Positions 12,101 through 26,300 of a stretch of 64,000 nt of DNA are shown here, piece by piece. The stretch lies in the NCBI GenBank assembly GCA_905178155.1, contig CAJINV010000013.1, forward strand, positions 1,063,790 through 1,127,789. Direction: 5' to 3'. A program made the translations under genes and the position numbers. The stretch is from Amoebophrya sp. A120. Lineage: Eukaryota > Protista > Dinoflagellata. The stretch's first letter is position 1. Every line of letters begins with the position of its first letter. The notes beneath the pieces are model-generated. The model had not been told where the DNA came from and made no database searches. It saw nothing but the letters and a program-made list of their open reading frames with translations.

Positions 12101-15100
12101 GACGAAGCACTGGTTGTGTTGTTCATCATAGCATCAGCACCAGTATTGTTTTTCATCCGCATGTTTTTCAAAAGCGATCTCGACATCTGCAGGTCGGATA
12201 GGCTGTAAGAATTTTTGTGCGGTGCGGTTTGACTACGGAGGTTCGACATTTTGCTGATCTGTTCCTCGGCGGCTTTCGCCGCTGCGAGCATTTCTGGCGG
12301 TAGGTTGTCGTTTTCGTCAGGAAGTTTGTTCAAACAACTGCCTTGTCCAGCACTGCTGCCGTCAAGCGTCGGACTACTCGCGTTGTCCAAGCCCTGGAGG
12401 AGCATCGGCAGCCAGTCGGAAACGACACCGAACGGCGTGTGGTACTTGCCCGTGGGATTATTGAGTTTTGTGGTGGCCAGCAAGTCACCAGTTTTCGTCG
12501 GGGATGTCTGGCACCGCGGTGAAAGAGCAGCAGTTCCTGCGCCTTCGGACAGTTGTCCTCGTCCCGTGGATGCATTATCAACCCCTTCTCCGTGGTTCCC
12601 TTCGATCGTATCAGCCACGGCTTTCTCCACACCATCCACGATCGCGCGGGCAATCGACCCCGCGTCGCTTCTCTTTGCATCATCGGGCTGTAAATTATCC
12701 GGCATTTTTGCCTTTTCGTTTTCCAGCTCCTCCAGCGTTTTTTCGATGCTGTTCCGCAAGTCAATGTCCAAATTTGCCATTTCCGACTGGTGCTCCTCAA
12801 TGGACTTCAAAACCTCCTGTTCCCGGAGATTTTTCGTTGTTTTGAAGTCGTTGTCGTCCAGCAAATCACTCACGTTAAAGGGCGTCGGGGTCGTGCTCGG
12901 CCGGTAGCCCTGCGCACTGCCCATCCGGAGAATCGGGTCCGATTGCAACAAGCTGGTGGTCGAATGCCGGGAGTTTTGCCGGCTGTTCCGGTAGCTCGGG
13001 GCTTTGTTGCTGCCCGGAGTGCGCAACTCGGATTGTTCGCGGAGGAACGTCAGCAGGTCTTTCCCGGCAAAGTTCAGCGACATGGCGTTCTGCTTGTCCT
13101 GCTCAGACATCGGCTTATCGGCGGTGGAGGGGTTGGTGACATTTGTTCCGCCAGAAGGCGTGTTCTTCCCCCCAGAAGCATTGTTGTTTGCCTGAAGATC
13201 GTCGTCAGTCGCGGCTCCCGCTGCTGCTCCAGAAAGCAACTGCCGTCTGCTGGACCCGCCGGTGCTCGACTTGCTGGCCTCGCCGACGTTTTGGCCGGCC
13301 TGCGCCTTCCGGGCCGCGGCGAGGTTCACAACGTGCGAGTTGGCCTCCTCCAGCATTTGCACGACGGACTCCATGAACGGAGACAGCGGCCGCTTTTCCT
13401 TCGCGCTGTTATTGAAAAACCCTACTGCGGCGGACACCCGCGCCCAGTCGTCGTCGTAATTCTGCAGCGTGTATCAAATGCAAAAATGTCTGGGTCTGGA
13501 AACTTGTGATGCTGGGTGGCGTCTCATGATGAGGCCACAAGTGCTGGCTCAGCATGACAAGTTTCTGAGCTTCTAGGAAGGTGTAGGTGTTGCCTATTCT
13601 GCATGACACACTGCGTTTCTGCATCACAGAAAAACGCAGCTCTTGGGTAACGTGCATGACAGATTTAAGAGTCATGCCAGACAAGCATGACAAACATGCA
13701 TTCTTCCAGACCCAGACACTTTTGCATTTGATAGCGTGTTCGTGGTCCCGTCTTTCGTGATCTGCGGCGCGGCGGGAAAGATGCTTTCTTGCGAATGATC
13801 CCCAATCAGACTGTTTGCACTGTTTTGATGCCCTGCATTCGCCGCGGAAGTAGAAGTTCCCATGAAGCTGTCCAGGCTCATAGTGCCATGCTTATTGTTC
13901 GTCTTCTCGTCGAAAGAGTTACTTTCGTCTTTGTCTTTGTCATGCTGCCCACCCGCACCCGCCACCTCCTTGACCACCTTCCGGGAGACCGCGCCCTGCC
14001 CGGTTTCCAGGGCGTTTTGGCGTCGCCGCCAGGTGACGGACGTCTGCGAGCCCCAGGCGGGGAAGAAGGCGGAAGATGATCCTCCAGCTCCTCCCGAGGG
14101 GGTGTGCAGATCGGACGCGGAGTTCCCGCTTGCACCTCCACCCATTTGGATGGAGCTGGGCCGGCTGCCGTTGATATCGTGGAAGTCGCGCAAATTTTGC
14201 TCCGCCTGCAGCGAGACCTGTGCAAACATGTCATCGGGGTCGATCTGGATACTCTTCTGCTTCAGCGTTGTCTTCTCCGCGGTAGATTTTCCAGTCACTA
14301 TTCCTGGCTCGCCAGCCGTGGACTTTCGGCTCTTGTTCGACGCGTTTGCAGCTTCGGTTTTGCTCGCCCCAGTCGCGGCAGATTTCTTCGTCAGGGAATA
14401 AGTCGTCTTCGTGCTCTTCACGTGTAGGCTGGACGCTAGGCCGAGCGAAAGTTTTCGGTCGCGAATAGATTTCGTGTCCTTGACCGGGGAATCGGGTTCT
14501 CCTTTGGAGTTCTTGTCAACAGCAACTGAGCCGTCTTCTTGCTCCGGCGCGTTTCCCTCAACTGCTGTCTCAGCGCTGGTACCTGAAGAAGCCGCCCCCG
14601 GGGTGGCCTCCTTCTCTTTCTCCCCCCCAACTTCCTTTTCCAGCAAGGTCGATGCAGTGACGGACGGTGGCTCCGTACTGTCTGCAGCAGCAGCGCCATC
14701 AGCCCCCGCAGCTGCCCCGCCTGGCGGTAATTTCGTCCACCCTTTCGGCGGTTCGTCTTGCGGCAGAAGTTGCAAATCTAGTTGTTGGTCATTTCCGCCC
14801 GTCAAGGTCGTACAGGACTCGGTTCCGGACGCGGTCTGGTCCTCCTCTTGCGTTTCCTCATTCGCGAGAGTACTGGAAGAATCTTCGTTGGCAGCATCGG
14901 CTTCTGCTTGCTTGTTTTCAACACCGATTTTTTCCTCGTCCGATCCCGTAGCATCACGCCCCGCATCCTTCTTCTCTTGATCCTCAGCCACGGGACCGAG
15001 TATCCCCGCAGGAGCAACATCGGTCATCTCTTGGGAGATGACCACAGCCTGACTCATGACCTCTGTCTGTGCAACGATTTGTGCTGCAGCCTCTCCAACC

Positions 15101-18100
15101 GGAAGCGCGGTATCTTCTCGTGGACGCTGCGAAGCTAGAACATCACCAGCACTTCCCTCTACCACAGCCGCTAGAGCCTGCTTCTCGAGATCTGCAGCGA
15201 GGACAAGTTGTTCGTCCCCTTGCGGAAGATGAGCATCAACCTCGGCCTCGTTAAACGTGGACAGTTCCACCTCCGGCGGCTCAACTTCCAACACGTGCTG
15301 CTGCTCCTGCTCCGGGCCCTGGGACAGCTTCCGGCACAGATCAGTCGCGACGTCCGCGGCGAAGTCGATCGCGTTGCTGCCCGGCTTGGGGTTCATCACC
15401 GTTTTCGAGGGGGACGGCGTCGCGTCCTTGGTGCGATGCCCTCTTCTCAAAAACGTGCCCCGCATCACCGGGCCGTGGTTGGCGTCGAGCTCAACAGAGT
15501 TGTGTCGGGAATTCGTACTCGTTGGCGCCGCGAGGGACATCATCAGGCTGTTGCTGTTCACGTTCTTCGCTGCAACGTGTTTGTTGTTTGCTGTACTCGT
15601 GTTCGTACCCGCCACGGCATGTGGTCCATTTTGATCAAGCGCAGCAGGAGCTGCAGTAGAACTACTGTTCGTGGTCCCGCCATGGTCCGTCGAGCTGGTT
15701 GACAAGATCTTCTTCCGCGCCGGCAACCCTGGTTTCGGCACGAACGACGGAATCCTCGTCTGCTGCTCCGCCTTCTTCTGCACCTGTTGCAGCAGCGGAC
15801 TTGTCATTTGGTGCAATTGCTGCTGCGCTCCTCGCCCCGGAGACAGCATCCCCTGCTGGTGCTGTTGCATCAAATAGGACTGCGGCGAATACGTTTGGTT
15901 CAAGTTCGGCGATCTCGCAAGCTGGTCCACGACATTGATCGGGGAAACATGGTAGAGATTGTTGTTCAGTTTGTTGTTCAACTCCCTCGTTTCCAAGGCG
16001 TTTTTCCTCGCCAGTCTCAAGCTCATCGAAGCAATTTGCTGGTTGCTGTAGAGCTGCTGCTTTCCGGTTTGGTCGTCACCGGGTCCCCTTGTTGTTCCCA
16101 CCTGATGCTCATCTACTCGCCGCTGCGCGTTGTGAACTGTGACTCCCTTGACCCCTGCGCCAGAAGCGGCCACGGTTCCGAATTCAGAGTACATGGTCGT
16201 GTATAGCGGCGTCCTCACCCGACTGGTCGTCCAGCTGGTCGTTGTGGTCGGGCGGGATTCGCTCTGGCCTGTCTTGTTGGAGAAAGAGGTTCCGGGGGGG
16301 ATATGCAGTAAGTCGTGCTGGTACTGGTAGAAAAACCCGTCTTCCTCCGCGTTTTTCCCCCCGCCGATGAAATCGTCCTCCAGGAAAGTTGTGGTCGTCA
16401 CATTTTGGCTGTCATCTTCACACGAAGCCAGAGCGGAGATGTTTGCCGTGTCCACCGCGACCGCGACGGTTGGTGTGTCCTGGAGACCTACCACAAAATT
16501 GCTCATTCCGGCCGTGTTGGACAAAAATGACTGCGTCGTGGTTTGCATCGCCGACTCCACGTACGTACCCGTGTCATCATCGGTCTCAACAGGAGCCGCA
16601 GCCGCGTTGCTGGGGGTATTGATATAATTTCCGGCAACTACAGCCTGCCCCTCAGTAGCTGCAATGACAGCTCCGTCGTTAATATTCGTTGCGAGATTGA
16701 ACGACGCACTCCGCAACTGGTTGTTCGTCCGGCTGTTCGCCATCTCGCTGAGCGAATTGTCTTGCACGATGCCCAACGCCGAGTCGTTTGCGCTCGTGCA
16801 CGAGCTCATCATCTGCAGGTTGGTCGTTGATGCTGCACCGGACGCCGAACTCTTCAGAACACTATTGTGCCCTTCCGTCGCGGACTCCTGGATCGACTCC
16901 AAGTTGGTGTTCTGGTGCACAAACCCGTGGGACGGCTTATCCGGGAAGTGGTTAATAAAAGAACTCGACATATTTTTGTTGGTCGTGGTCCCGTATTCAA
17001 AAGAGCCCCCAAACCCGTCGGTGAACGTGGACGAGTAGTTCATGTGGTTGCAGCTCGTCGTGCTGGCTCCATAGTTGTTATTGCCGAAAATCCCGCCACC
17101 AAGACCTCCTCCGTAGTTGCTTGCCATGCCGTGCGCACTGGTCAAATTCTCTAAATCGACATCATACTGATCCTCCTCGACAATGACATCACCAAAGTGC
17201 CACTCCCAGTACTCCCGTTCAATTTGCTCCTTGAATTCCTGCACGGACACCTCCGGGTGCTGCTTCAGGCAAGCCAGGTAGAGGAGAAACGCTTCCTGCT
17301 TTGGCGGTTTGGAGTTGGATGGGGGAGCAGATTTTTGTGGTGATTTTTGGTCCGCTTTCGCTTGTTGTTTCTCGACCGCATCTTCAGTGGGAGCAGTTGT
17401 GCTCTCTACAGGTTGAACTTCCGTCTTTGTAGTGGTCTCATGATCTGCGGGCGCAAGAACTTCTTCTGTGGTTGCAACTACTGCGGAAGATGAAGCTGGC
17501 TGTTGTTGTTCGCCCTCCACTTCGTCCTCCTTGAAAGCTTTGACCAATCTTCTGTAAAAGAAATCTTCGATCAGCGGGTTGCCAAAATCCAACCTCTCCA
17601 CCATCGTGGTGTGGATCTTCTGGCTTGCCTCGTTCTGCTGATGTTGAGCAGATCCTTGATGCTGTAGTCGATCCGAAGATGCTTGCAGTGCTGGCGACCT
17701 TGGGGGAGAGCAACTGCTTCGCTGCATCGAATTCGCTTGAAGCTGTTGTTTTCCTGGCAAAGATGGTGCTGTTGCAATCGAAGAAGCCTGCTGCTGCTCA
17801 AATAACGACTGCTGTCCAGCATTCTTCATCGGTGAGTGTCCAATAACCGCGACGGACTCGTCTCCCCCCCTCCGCCAGTCCAAGTACTTTTTCTTCGCCT
17901 CAAATAGCAACCTCCGCCAAATCGACTGCGCAGACGACTGCTGCGGCGTCGCGGCCCGCGAATCCGGGCGCCGGATCGGTAAGCCAAAGGGGTTGATTTT
18001 GGACTGCTCGTTATCAAAAATGGAGCGCATGGAGGTGGTCGCCGGGGCGGTCGTGAGGCCGAACCGGGCGGTGGCATCGGACGAGGGGTCGTAAGAATGG

Positions 18101-21100
18101 TCTTGGTATGATTCTGGCATCTTTGCAGCGGAGGGCTCGATGTGGATTGAACTGGAGTTACTCTCGTTGTTTGTCATCTGCAACGATTGCTGCTCTTGAT
18201 CCAATAGGCTCTGTTGCATCGTGATCGTCAAAGACGACGTCAGAGATTGTTTCGAGGTGCTCGTTACCATCATGTCGGCCGCTCTCGCCTGTTGCAGTTT
18301 CATCGACGCGTTGCTCAGCATCCCGTTGCGCGCCGCTTTCGTTGGGGAAGAGAGTACCAAAGAGCCCCGAGGTCTCGCTGGGCTCAAGGACTTATTGTTC
18401 GAAGAATTATCTTGATTTTGTTGACCACTGGAGAATTTTTTCTTCGCCCGCACGGGCGAGTGCGATGCTCTCTGCTCCTGCTGGTCGTGGAAAAAGTTGT
18501 TCCCGGACAATTCAAAACTATCTCCGGCGCCCCGAGGACCCGTTTGCTTCACCATATTACTTTCGCCGTGGTGCAGTAAATTGCTCGTCCCAGCAGGAGC
18601 CCTATGATTGTTCCCCACATTCTGCATCTGCGCCGCCGCCATCGCCGGCTTCCGCGGGATCCGGAGTAAAGTGTTAACAAAAGCTCTACGTATCTTCGCC
18701 ACTTCTTCCCTCGTCAACGCGGTTTCTTGGTTGTCAATAGAAGTGGTTTTGTCGAAACACTTCTGCAGCAAGCTCGCGACCTTGTCTTCCAACTTTTCGA
18801 ATAGTTTCCGCCCCTTCAGCTCCTCCTCGTGGTGGAGGATGATTTGCTTGGTCAAATTCTCAAACCCCTTTTGCAGCGAGCCGTTCCACTTTTTTTTCGG
18901 GTTGTGGTCGAGTAGCAGCGAATGCGTCTGGAGGTTATTTCTCTGAAGATTATTTCTCCTCGTATTTTTCCGCGTGGCCGCCGGGACCGGGCTGGAAGAG
19001 CGGGCATTGCGCTCAACATGGATGGAGTTTTTTCCTGCCATGGTATGCTGGTGTAGTAGTTCCTGCAAGGACGCCCCGTCATTTACAGCATTGTTCGTAA
19101 GATTGTGCATTCTGGCCCGAGGGCTGTGTCCCTGCACGTGCATTTTTTCCGCTTGGCCAGCAGCATCTGGACCACCCAGCGCAGTACTACTAGCCTGTTG
19201 GTTTTCCGCCTGCAGGCTCCTTTGCGCGGCCAACCCCAAGTTGTCCTTGTTTCCCTTTCGCTGGTGCTGCCGATCATTCATTCCCCTGGAACTCGGCAAC
19301 TCAAGTTGGTCATAGCTGTGCCCTCGCTTGGATGTCAATATGCCTCCTCGCGTCCGCGGACTCAGCGACAGACTGTTGTTGTTCGAATTCAGATCATCGT
19401 CGAACAGGACGGAGTCCAGCGAGACCCTGGGTCCGAGCCAAACGCTGGAATTCGTGGTCACGTTGAAAACGTCGTCGGCTTGATGCTTTCTAGAAGTACT
19501 CTTATGCCTCCTCCTGTTTTTTCTCGCATTTATTTTGCGATCTCCAGCCGCGTGTTCATCAACGATGTGATCGTCTACTTCATCTTCTTCAAAATCCTCG
19601 TCGTGGTCATGATGCGCAACTCCGTGAAGAAGATCGCCGTCGTTATCGTCTCTATCCGTGGAGAAGAACAGAGAGTCGTTCTCCAAATTGCTCAGCGAAT
19701 TTTCCAGAAAAAGGCTATCGGAGATGGACTTCGCGGTGGTCAATGGACCGTTCCGCCCCCGTGGATTCAGCTTGCCCGGTGGGGAACTTGGCCCGTTTCG
19801 CCGGCTGCTGTTCATATTAGTACCCGCCTGCTGTTGCATGGCCAGCATGCGCGGGGAAACCCCGATCGTGGAGATGGTGCTTGGGTTGGGGTCCAGAATG
19901 TTCACTCCCAAAGGCCCCAAAGACAGCTGCGCGAACTCCGCGGCGCGGGGGTCGGTTTCCCGACCCAGCGTATGGGCCGCTGTGGTCGCTTTGTCCAGCG
20001 TGATCTGCTCCCGCTGGTGTTTCGGGATGAATCCATTCGTGGTTCCACGGGTCGTGCGATTCATCGCCGCGGGCTTGAAATTTGGCTGGTTCGCCACAGA
20101 GGATCGCCGGTTGTTGTTTCTCGTGTGGTTACTGTGCGCGTTGTTCGTAGAAGACGCTGATGCTCCCTTCGTTGTTGCATTTGTATTAGCTCCAGCACCA
20201 CCAGCTGCTCCTTTCGAAGTACCGGCCTCCTTCCTGTTCGCATTCACGTGGTGATACACCGTCAGCGCCTTGCTCGGATCGATGGAAATCGGCTCGCCAT
20301 TTGTGTTTTGCATCGTGCTCGAGTCAAAAGTCGTGTTCGTGAACGTATGCTCCATGGTGGACAGCGTTGAGTCCACGGACTCGTGGTGTTTTTGGTTTTG
20401 GTGGTAACTATCCGTTACCTCTAGCATATTCGAAACGTTTGTCCGCCCCAACATCATGGTTGTGTGCATCAACCCGCTCTCCTCATTCTCATTTTCGAAA
20501 TCTGTCGAGTTGTTGTGGTGGTTGGCGAAGGCAAACGCATCGCTATCCTCGTGGGAACAATAAAGCGTGCCGCCAGGTTCCAGCTGCAACTCTGCGCTTG
20601 CGGTCAGGACAGCCTGGTTCGGTTGGTGTTGCAAGATGTCGCTGCTGCGCAGCGCATGCTCGCGGTCTTGGTCCTGCTGATGGGAGGACTTGTTTTTCTG
20701 GAAAAAGCTCGTGGCGGTCGACAGAGGTGATTTATTGCTGCTACTTGCCTTGAAGGTGCTTGCTTGATTCTGTTCGGCTTCCTTACTGGTCGTGCGAGCC
20801 CCGCGGTGAACTTTGCTGCCAGTGGAAGACGCTCTGTGGTCGAGTAAATTCAAATACTTGAACTCATTACTGTGACTATCTCAGAGAACAGTTCGGAAAT
20901 AAACATGACTTGATTACTGTAGCAAGAACTCGCGAACTGCTAGACCGGAGCTACTGGTCGTGTTTACGTCCACGATGAACCAGTCAGAGATTGCTCTAGA
21001 AACTTCTAGAAGGCTACGAATTTTCCTCACATCAAAACTAAACAAGTACTTTCCCAAACTCGTGTTTGTGTTCCTGAACTGGTCTTCTCCACCATCCTTA

Positions 21101-22011
21101 TTGCTCGCCAGAGCCGCTCCTTCCACCCCTTGCGGCGATTTCTGGTCCACCTCCGGAAACGCGTTCGTGTCCCGACAAAGGAACGTGTAGTCCCCGGACT
21201 CGGGTTCGAATTGGTAATCTAACCTCTCCGAATCCGTGCTGTTTGGTGAGTGCGGCGGCTGCACGATTTCATTCGACATCCCCGTGGTTGACGCAGCGCC
21301 GTGGAGGTACAACGAACCATGATCAAGGAAATTATTCTTCACAAACACCAAGTCGTCCGTCGTTTTCTGCAGCTTGTGCTTCAGCATCCGCCCAGCCCCA
21401 GCCAGGTGCGCTTTCGCGGCGGCGCTCGAAGAAGATGTCGACATCATCCCCTGGCTCTTAGAAGTACTTTTGCTGCCGCCCATCAGCATTTGTGACCTGG
21501 GTGCCCCGGAAAGGCCAGGCTGGTAAAAGGGATTCCGGCTCGACGTGGGAATCAGCTGCGTGGTCGCGGTTTTGTTAGATGCAGATGAAATCCCTCCTGG
21601 TGCGGGGGTGCGACTAGAGGCGCCGGAGAATGGTCCAGTAGTAGTTGCAGCCGCGCCTCCAGCAGCCGTGGGGGGTCCACCGCCTGCCCCGCCGACGAAA
21701 ACCTGTGTGTGCGAGTGCTTGGAGGTCGAAAGAACCACTTTGCTGGCGTTGACCCCGGTCACTCCCAGCGGCCCATTGGAGGCAACATTGAGTGCAAAGC
21801 CTCTGTCTACTGGTAGCAAATCTGCGCTGCTTGAAGCTGATGTTCCATCGAGCGCAGATGCGTGGTCTTTGCCAATAACATTGTTCGCCTGCTGGTGACT
21901 CGCGTTGTTTTTCGCTTTGTGCAAAAGGTTCCGTCGCAGTTGCGAACTTTTCAGCTTCTCCCGCTTCGCCTCTTTCGGGAGCAGGTCGTCCTCACTTTCA
22001 GATGAATTCAT
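9181..22011 (-). CDS. Giant (~4100 aa) S/T/N/Q-rich, probably disordered hypothetical protein; exons 21050..22011, 13734..20869, 9181..13466
   Basis: Three long ORFs are joined in frame by a GT-AG intron (20870..21049) and by removal of the TIR element at 13472..13733 plus one GCGTG repeat (junction ...GTTNTLQNYDDDWARVSAAVGF...). Confidence 0.8.
13472..13733. mobile_element. Introner-like TIR element, family F1 (TIR TATCAAATGCAAAA-TGTCTGGGTCTGGAA)
   Basis: ~30-bp TIR; perfect TSD GCGTG at 13467-13471 and 13734-13738; removal fuses the 2393-aa and 1418-aa ORFs. Confidence 0.93.
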
Positions 22012-23317
22012 TTTGATGTTGCTGCTTACTATACTCGTTCAAATGAAGTACAAGTCAATTGATCTTGCTGTAATTGATGCGTAGCAAGTTGTGAAGGCTC
22101 ATTGATAAAATGGTCGATATCGATAAGAAATCTCGTATACCAAATAAGAATATTGCTGTCTTGAGGTAGGATGGAATTGGAACAGCTTTACGGTACGCAA
22201 GACAATGACACACTAGAAGGAAAGCTCAGAATACGGTGGCCACTCCCGCCACAGAAAAAAAAACGAGCATCAACACTGCGGACGAATGCATGAGACTGAC
22301 AATGATGTTGAAGGTGCGGGGAAAGTCCGTTTCCGATCGACGTAACGCATGAAAACAGAATGAGAATCACGACCACGAGAAAGCGATACAAGTGAAACGA
22401 AGGGCGCTGGCTACTGCAACGACTTCTGTCATTCTAAATCGTTGCACACGAACTTCAGACCACCACGAAAATGGAGCTTAAGGTAGTTGCCACGGCGACG
22501 ATTAGAGTTAGAAACAGCACTAAAGTGTAGGAATTCTATTTTTGACGTTTTCTATTCATTACGATCAGATGATCAGATGATCACGAAACAGAAAAAGCTT
22601 GTACTAGCTGAATACTGACATGATTGCCCTCACCATCATCAACATCAAGGAAGATAGTTTCACATTTACACACCACGACGATCCATCCACGAAGTTCTGT
22701 TTTTTCCAGGACGCTCCTGTACGCGAGTTGCAGAAAAGCTGCCGGCGCACCGGAGTGAAAGTTCTTGACACCATTTTGATTTTGTTTTCTGTTTGTAGAA
22801 GCATCAACTCTGTGCTGGGTTTGTGTTGTTGAGGTCCTTATATTTTCGCTGTAGTTCTTGTTCACCTGGATTCGGATTCCGATGGATTGGTACGAAAACG
22901 AATGCAAAAACCCGGATACTCTTCTTGAACCGTCGCACTGTAGAAGTTTGCTCAAAGAGTTCTCGCGGGCACGGAAAAGGTGTATTCTCAAGCAAAAATT
23001 GTAAAAACCGCATGAAATTCTTCTAGCCAAGTAATATTTTTCTACCAGCCAACTTACTGCAGTGCATCGAAAAGAGGCACGATGTTGTATGCCCTGAAAA
23101 AGTTTCATAATGTCGCCAAGTTTGAACTAAGTCTAAGTACTGCAAAAACGTGTGAATGCCAAAAAGTAATGTCGTCAAGTTCGAGTTCGTTGAGTTTCTC
23201 TGTTTCATCCGATTTCATCATGTATACAGCCAAATTGCAGCTGCTTTGTCAAATTCTGACGTTGTCGTTGCCGCGAATGACAGCGCCCAAAATTTTGACA
23301 TCGTCTCGACACCTCGT

Positions 23318-26300
23318 TCATTGCTTTTGCCCACCACGGCGACCCTCTTCCCTGCTCTTCTCATCCTCCTCCTTCTGAATTTGCTCCGGCGTTTTGCCTC
23401 GTCGCCTATAACAGTGCACAACTCCCCCTCCCCCTCATTTGTGTAGCATGAACGGCAATACAAGCATCAGCAAGAGTGCCGGTTTTGCATGACAAATTTG
23501 CACTGAATTATACATAGTGCTATTCGGGCTACCAGAACTTGTCATGCAAACAGTGCCACGATGCAAAGGGTGGATTGGGTATTTTGCATGACAAATGAGG
23601 GGGAGGGGGAGTTGTGCGCTGTCATATCGCCGTTGCTTCGTGTTGAAGTACTGCACCGCCCGGACGAAGTCGTCCGCGTGGTAATCGGGAAAGTACTATG
23701 CATTGCAAATATGTCTGGGTCTGGAAGGTTGCAACTTGTGATGCAAATTTCACACAACACAAAGATCTGTGATGCATGAACAGCAAATGCGGCCCAAAAC
23801 TTGGCCCAAAAACAGCGAATCTGTCATGTGGATCAGGCATGGGGATACCTTCTCAAGACGTGTGATGCTATGGCTTGCATGCCAGACCTCCTAGATCATG
23901 CAAGAGCAGCATGGCAAATATCTGGACCCATCCAGACCCAGACATATTTGCATTTGATAAGTACTTGGACTCGAACAGAATCTCGGCGTAGCGCAACTGT
24001 GGTAGACAAAACTCGGACAGCCGCTGCTGGTCGCCGGTTCTGTTGTAATCAAGTGCGTGCGATAATTAAGCTCGCATTCTTATTTCTCGAGCGCATTAGT
24101 TAGCACCAAAACTGTCTTTCGACCAGTGCACAGCAGGTGGCGCAAAGCAGTTCTACCTGTGCCTGCTTGTGCTTCTTCGATTATGTTTATGACCTCACTA
24201 CAAACTACATCATGATAAAAACCAACCTCTCCAAAAAAAAATACCTGACGAGGAGATCAATCTCTGAGTCGATGCCCATGAAGGACATCAACTTTTCGAA
24301 GTCCCAATCCAAAAATTCTGCATTTTTCTTTATCAGGTGGTCCTGGTGCATGCGCTTCATCGCCTCCTGGAGTTCCCAGCTCGAACTGTACGAGAGCAAA
24401 ATGTTCAGCCGCATTTTCTTGTGCTTCCGCGTGCTGGTGTGGATCTCCTGAATCAGAGCCCGAAATTTCTGCCGCTCCTCGGTGGAAAGCTGGTAGACGA
24501 GATCGGGTTTTTTGTTATCAACATCGTGGTTAACCTGCTTCTTCGTCTCGTTTGAAGATCTTCCATCCGCTGCTGGTGCTCCCGCTGCGCTCTGCTCGCT
24601 TTTTTGTCGCTGGAATTCCGCGTTTTGCATCACTTGCTCCGTTGTCAACTGCCGCTGCTGATCCGCTTGCGCAAGCGAGTCAATCGACTGGCCGGAGGAG
24701 GACTTGGACCTGACTCCGGATAATTCTGTGTTGAGTTGTAGTCCCGCAGCAGTTGCAGTGGACGGCGCACCTGCATCTTTATTCCCACTCGACGTCCCAG
24801 TGACTTGCCTTTCCGGCGTGGGGCTCCCTCCTGCTTCCGCCTGCTGCTCTATCAAAAGGAAAAATCCCCCCTCCCCATATCAAAACGAGATTTCTGATGC
24901 TGGATTTGGGTACACAAATCAAATTTGTGTTGCAGTAGAGGAATGCACAGCACAGATCCTGAGCCTGGGCGGGGGCCATTTGGTGTAGGCGCCTAGCATG
25001 GTAAACGGCTATCCTGTAGGCCTTACAGCGTTACAAATCGCCTGCATAGCGTGCCGGACAACCTGAGCGCGCCTTCTTGCAAGACAGACCCCATTTGTGG
25101 TCACAAATCACCAGCACAAATTTTCGGAAACATACCTTTTCGATATGGGAAGGGGGGATTTTTCCTTTTGATATGCTCGCCCCGAATGTCTTCCTTGATG
25201 GAACTGGCGTTCGACGCCCTGCCGGGGGAATGATACCGGAAAAACCCACCGTGCACGGGTGTCGGGGTGCTCACGGCACTGAAGTTGGGGAGCTGCTGTT
25301 GATCATGCCCTTGTGGTCTACAACTGCTCCCTTGGCCGCCTATAATCAACGACGAGTTGTCTCCACCGCCTGCAGGTCCCGTGGCAAGGGGCCCTCCCAA
25401 TGCAGCGGTGCTCATTGCAGACAGTTGCAACGGCTGCGGCCGCAGGAGAGGGAAGGCGGCTTTCTGCTGCAGCAACCTGGTCATAGAAGACGTTGGCGAA
25501 GCAGAGGATAGTGGTGCTGGTGCCCCACCACAAACTCCTCCTGCTGCAGAAGAGACCACAGGCTGCATGGTCGTGGCTGATCCAGTTGTACTAGAGGCTC
25601 CTCCTGTCGCGGTACAACTACTTTGCAGCTGCCCTCGTAGTTGCTGTCCACCGGCCGCGCCCAGGAGGTTCATCTGATTCATCTTCGCGCACAGCGCCTC
25701 GTGCTGTTGCGCTTGAAATTCTTCTTTCGCTTGCGAGTTCCATACCACGTTGCACCAGGAGGGGGATATCGACCCCGCCTGAATTTGCTGGAACGAACTA
25801 CTCACCCCGGAGAAGAGCGAGCCGCCGGATTCCGAGGGTTGCTTCAGCGTGACCGACGAAATGGTCGAGGCCAGTGTATCCGGCGAATCGCTCCGCTGGG
25901 GCAGGACGCCTGTGGGCGGCACCGGGAGAAAGCTCTGGGCCGCCTGGTCCGCCGCAATCGGACCGGCGGTAGGTGGAGTGAAGGGTTTATGCAAGTAGAG
26001 AAAAACTGTGTTAGTCTGATGAAGAAATAACAGATGCGCGGCCCTTTACGTTTATTTCACACTTGTCACGCCGGATGGTGATCTTGGTACCGTCAGAGCG
26101 GCTTTCCATGGTTTTAACAAGGGACTCCGCGTACTTCTAGTGGCGCACGTTATCATGCTGCTCATCGAAAAATGTACTTATTTTTACACCAAACACAGAC
26201 TAAACTAAAACTTTTTTTTTGAATAGGGAGGTGCGCTGCTCTGCTGCTCCAAAGCATTTCCTTGGACCACTACACCTGTATTAGTACTACGCTGCCCGTC

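Noticed and set aside
22581-23108. 175-aa minus-strand ORF (and the similar 32681..33205)
   Set aside because: Atypical composition and no motifs; probably UTR or intergenic sequence.
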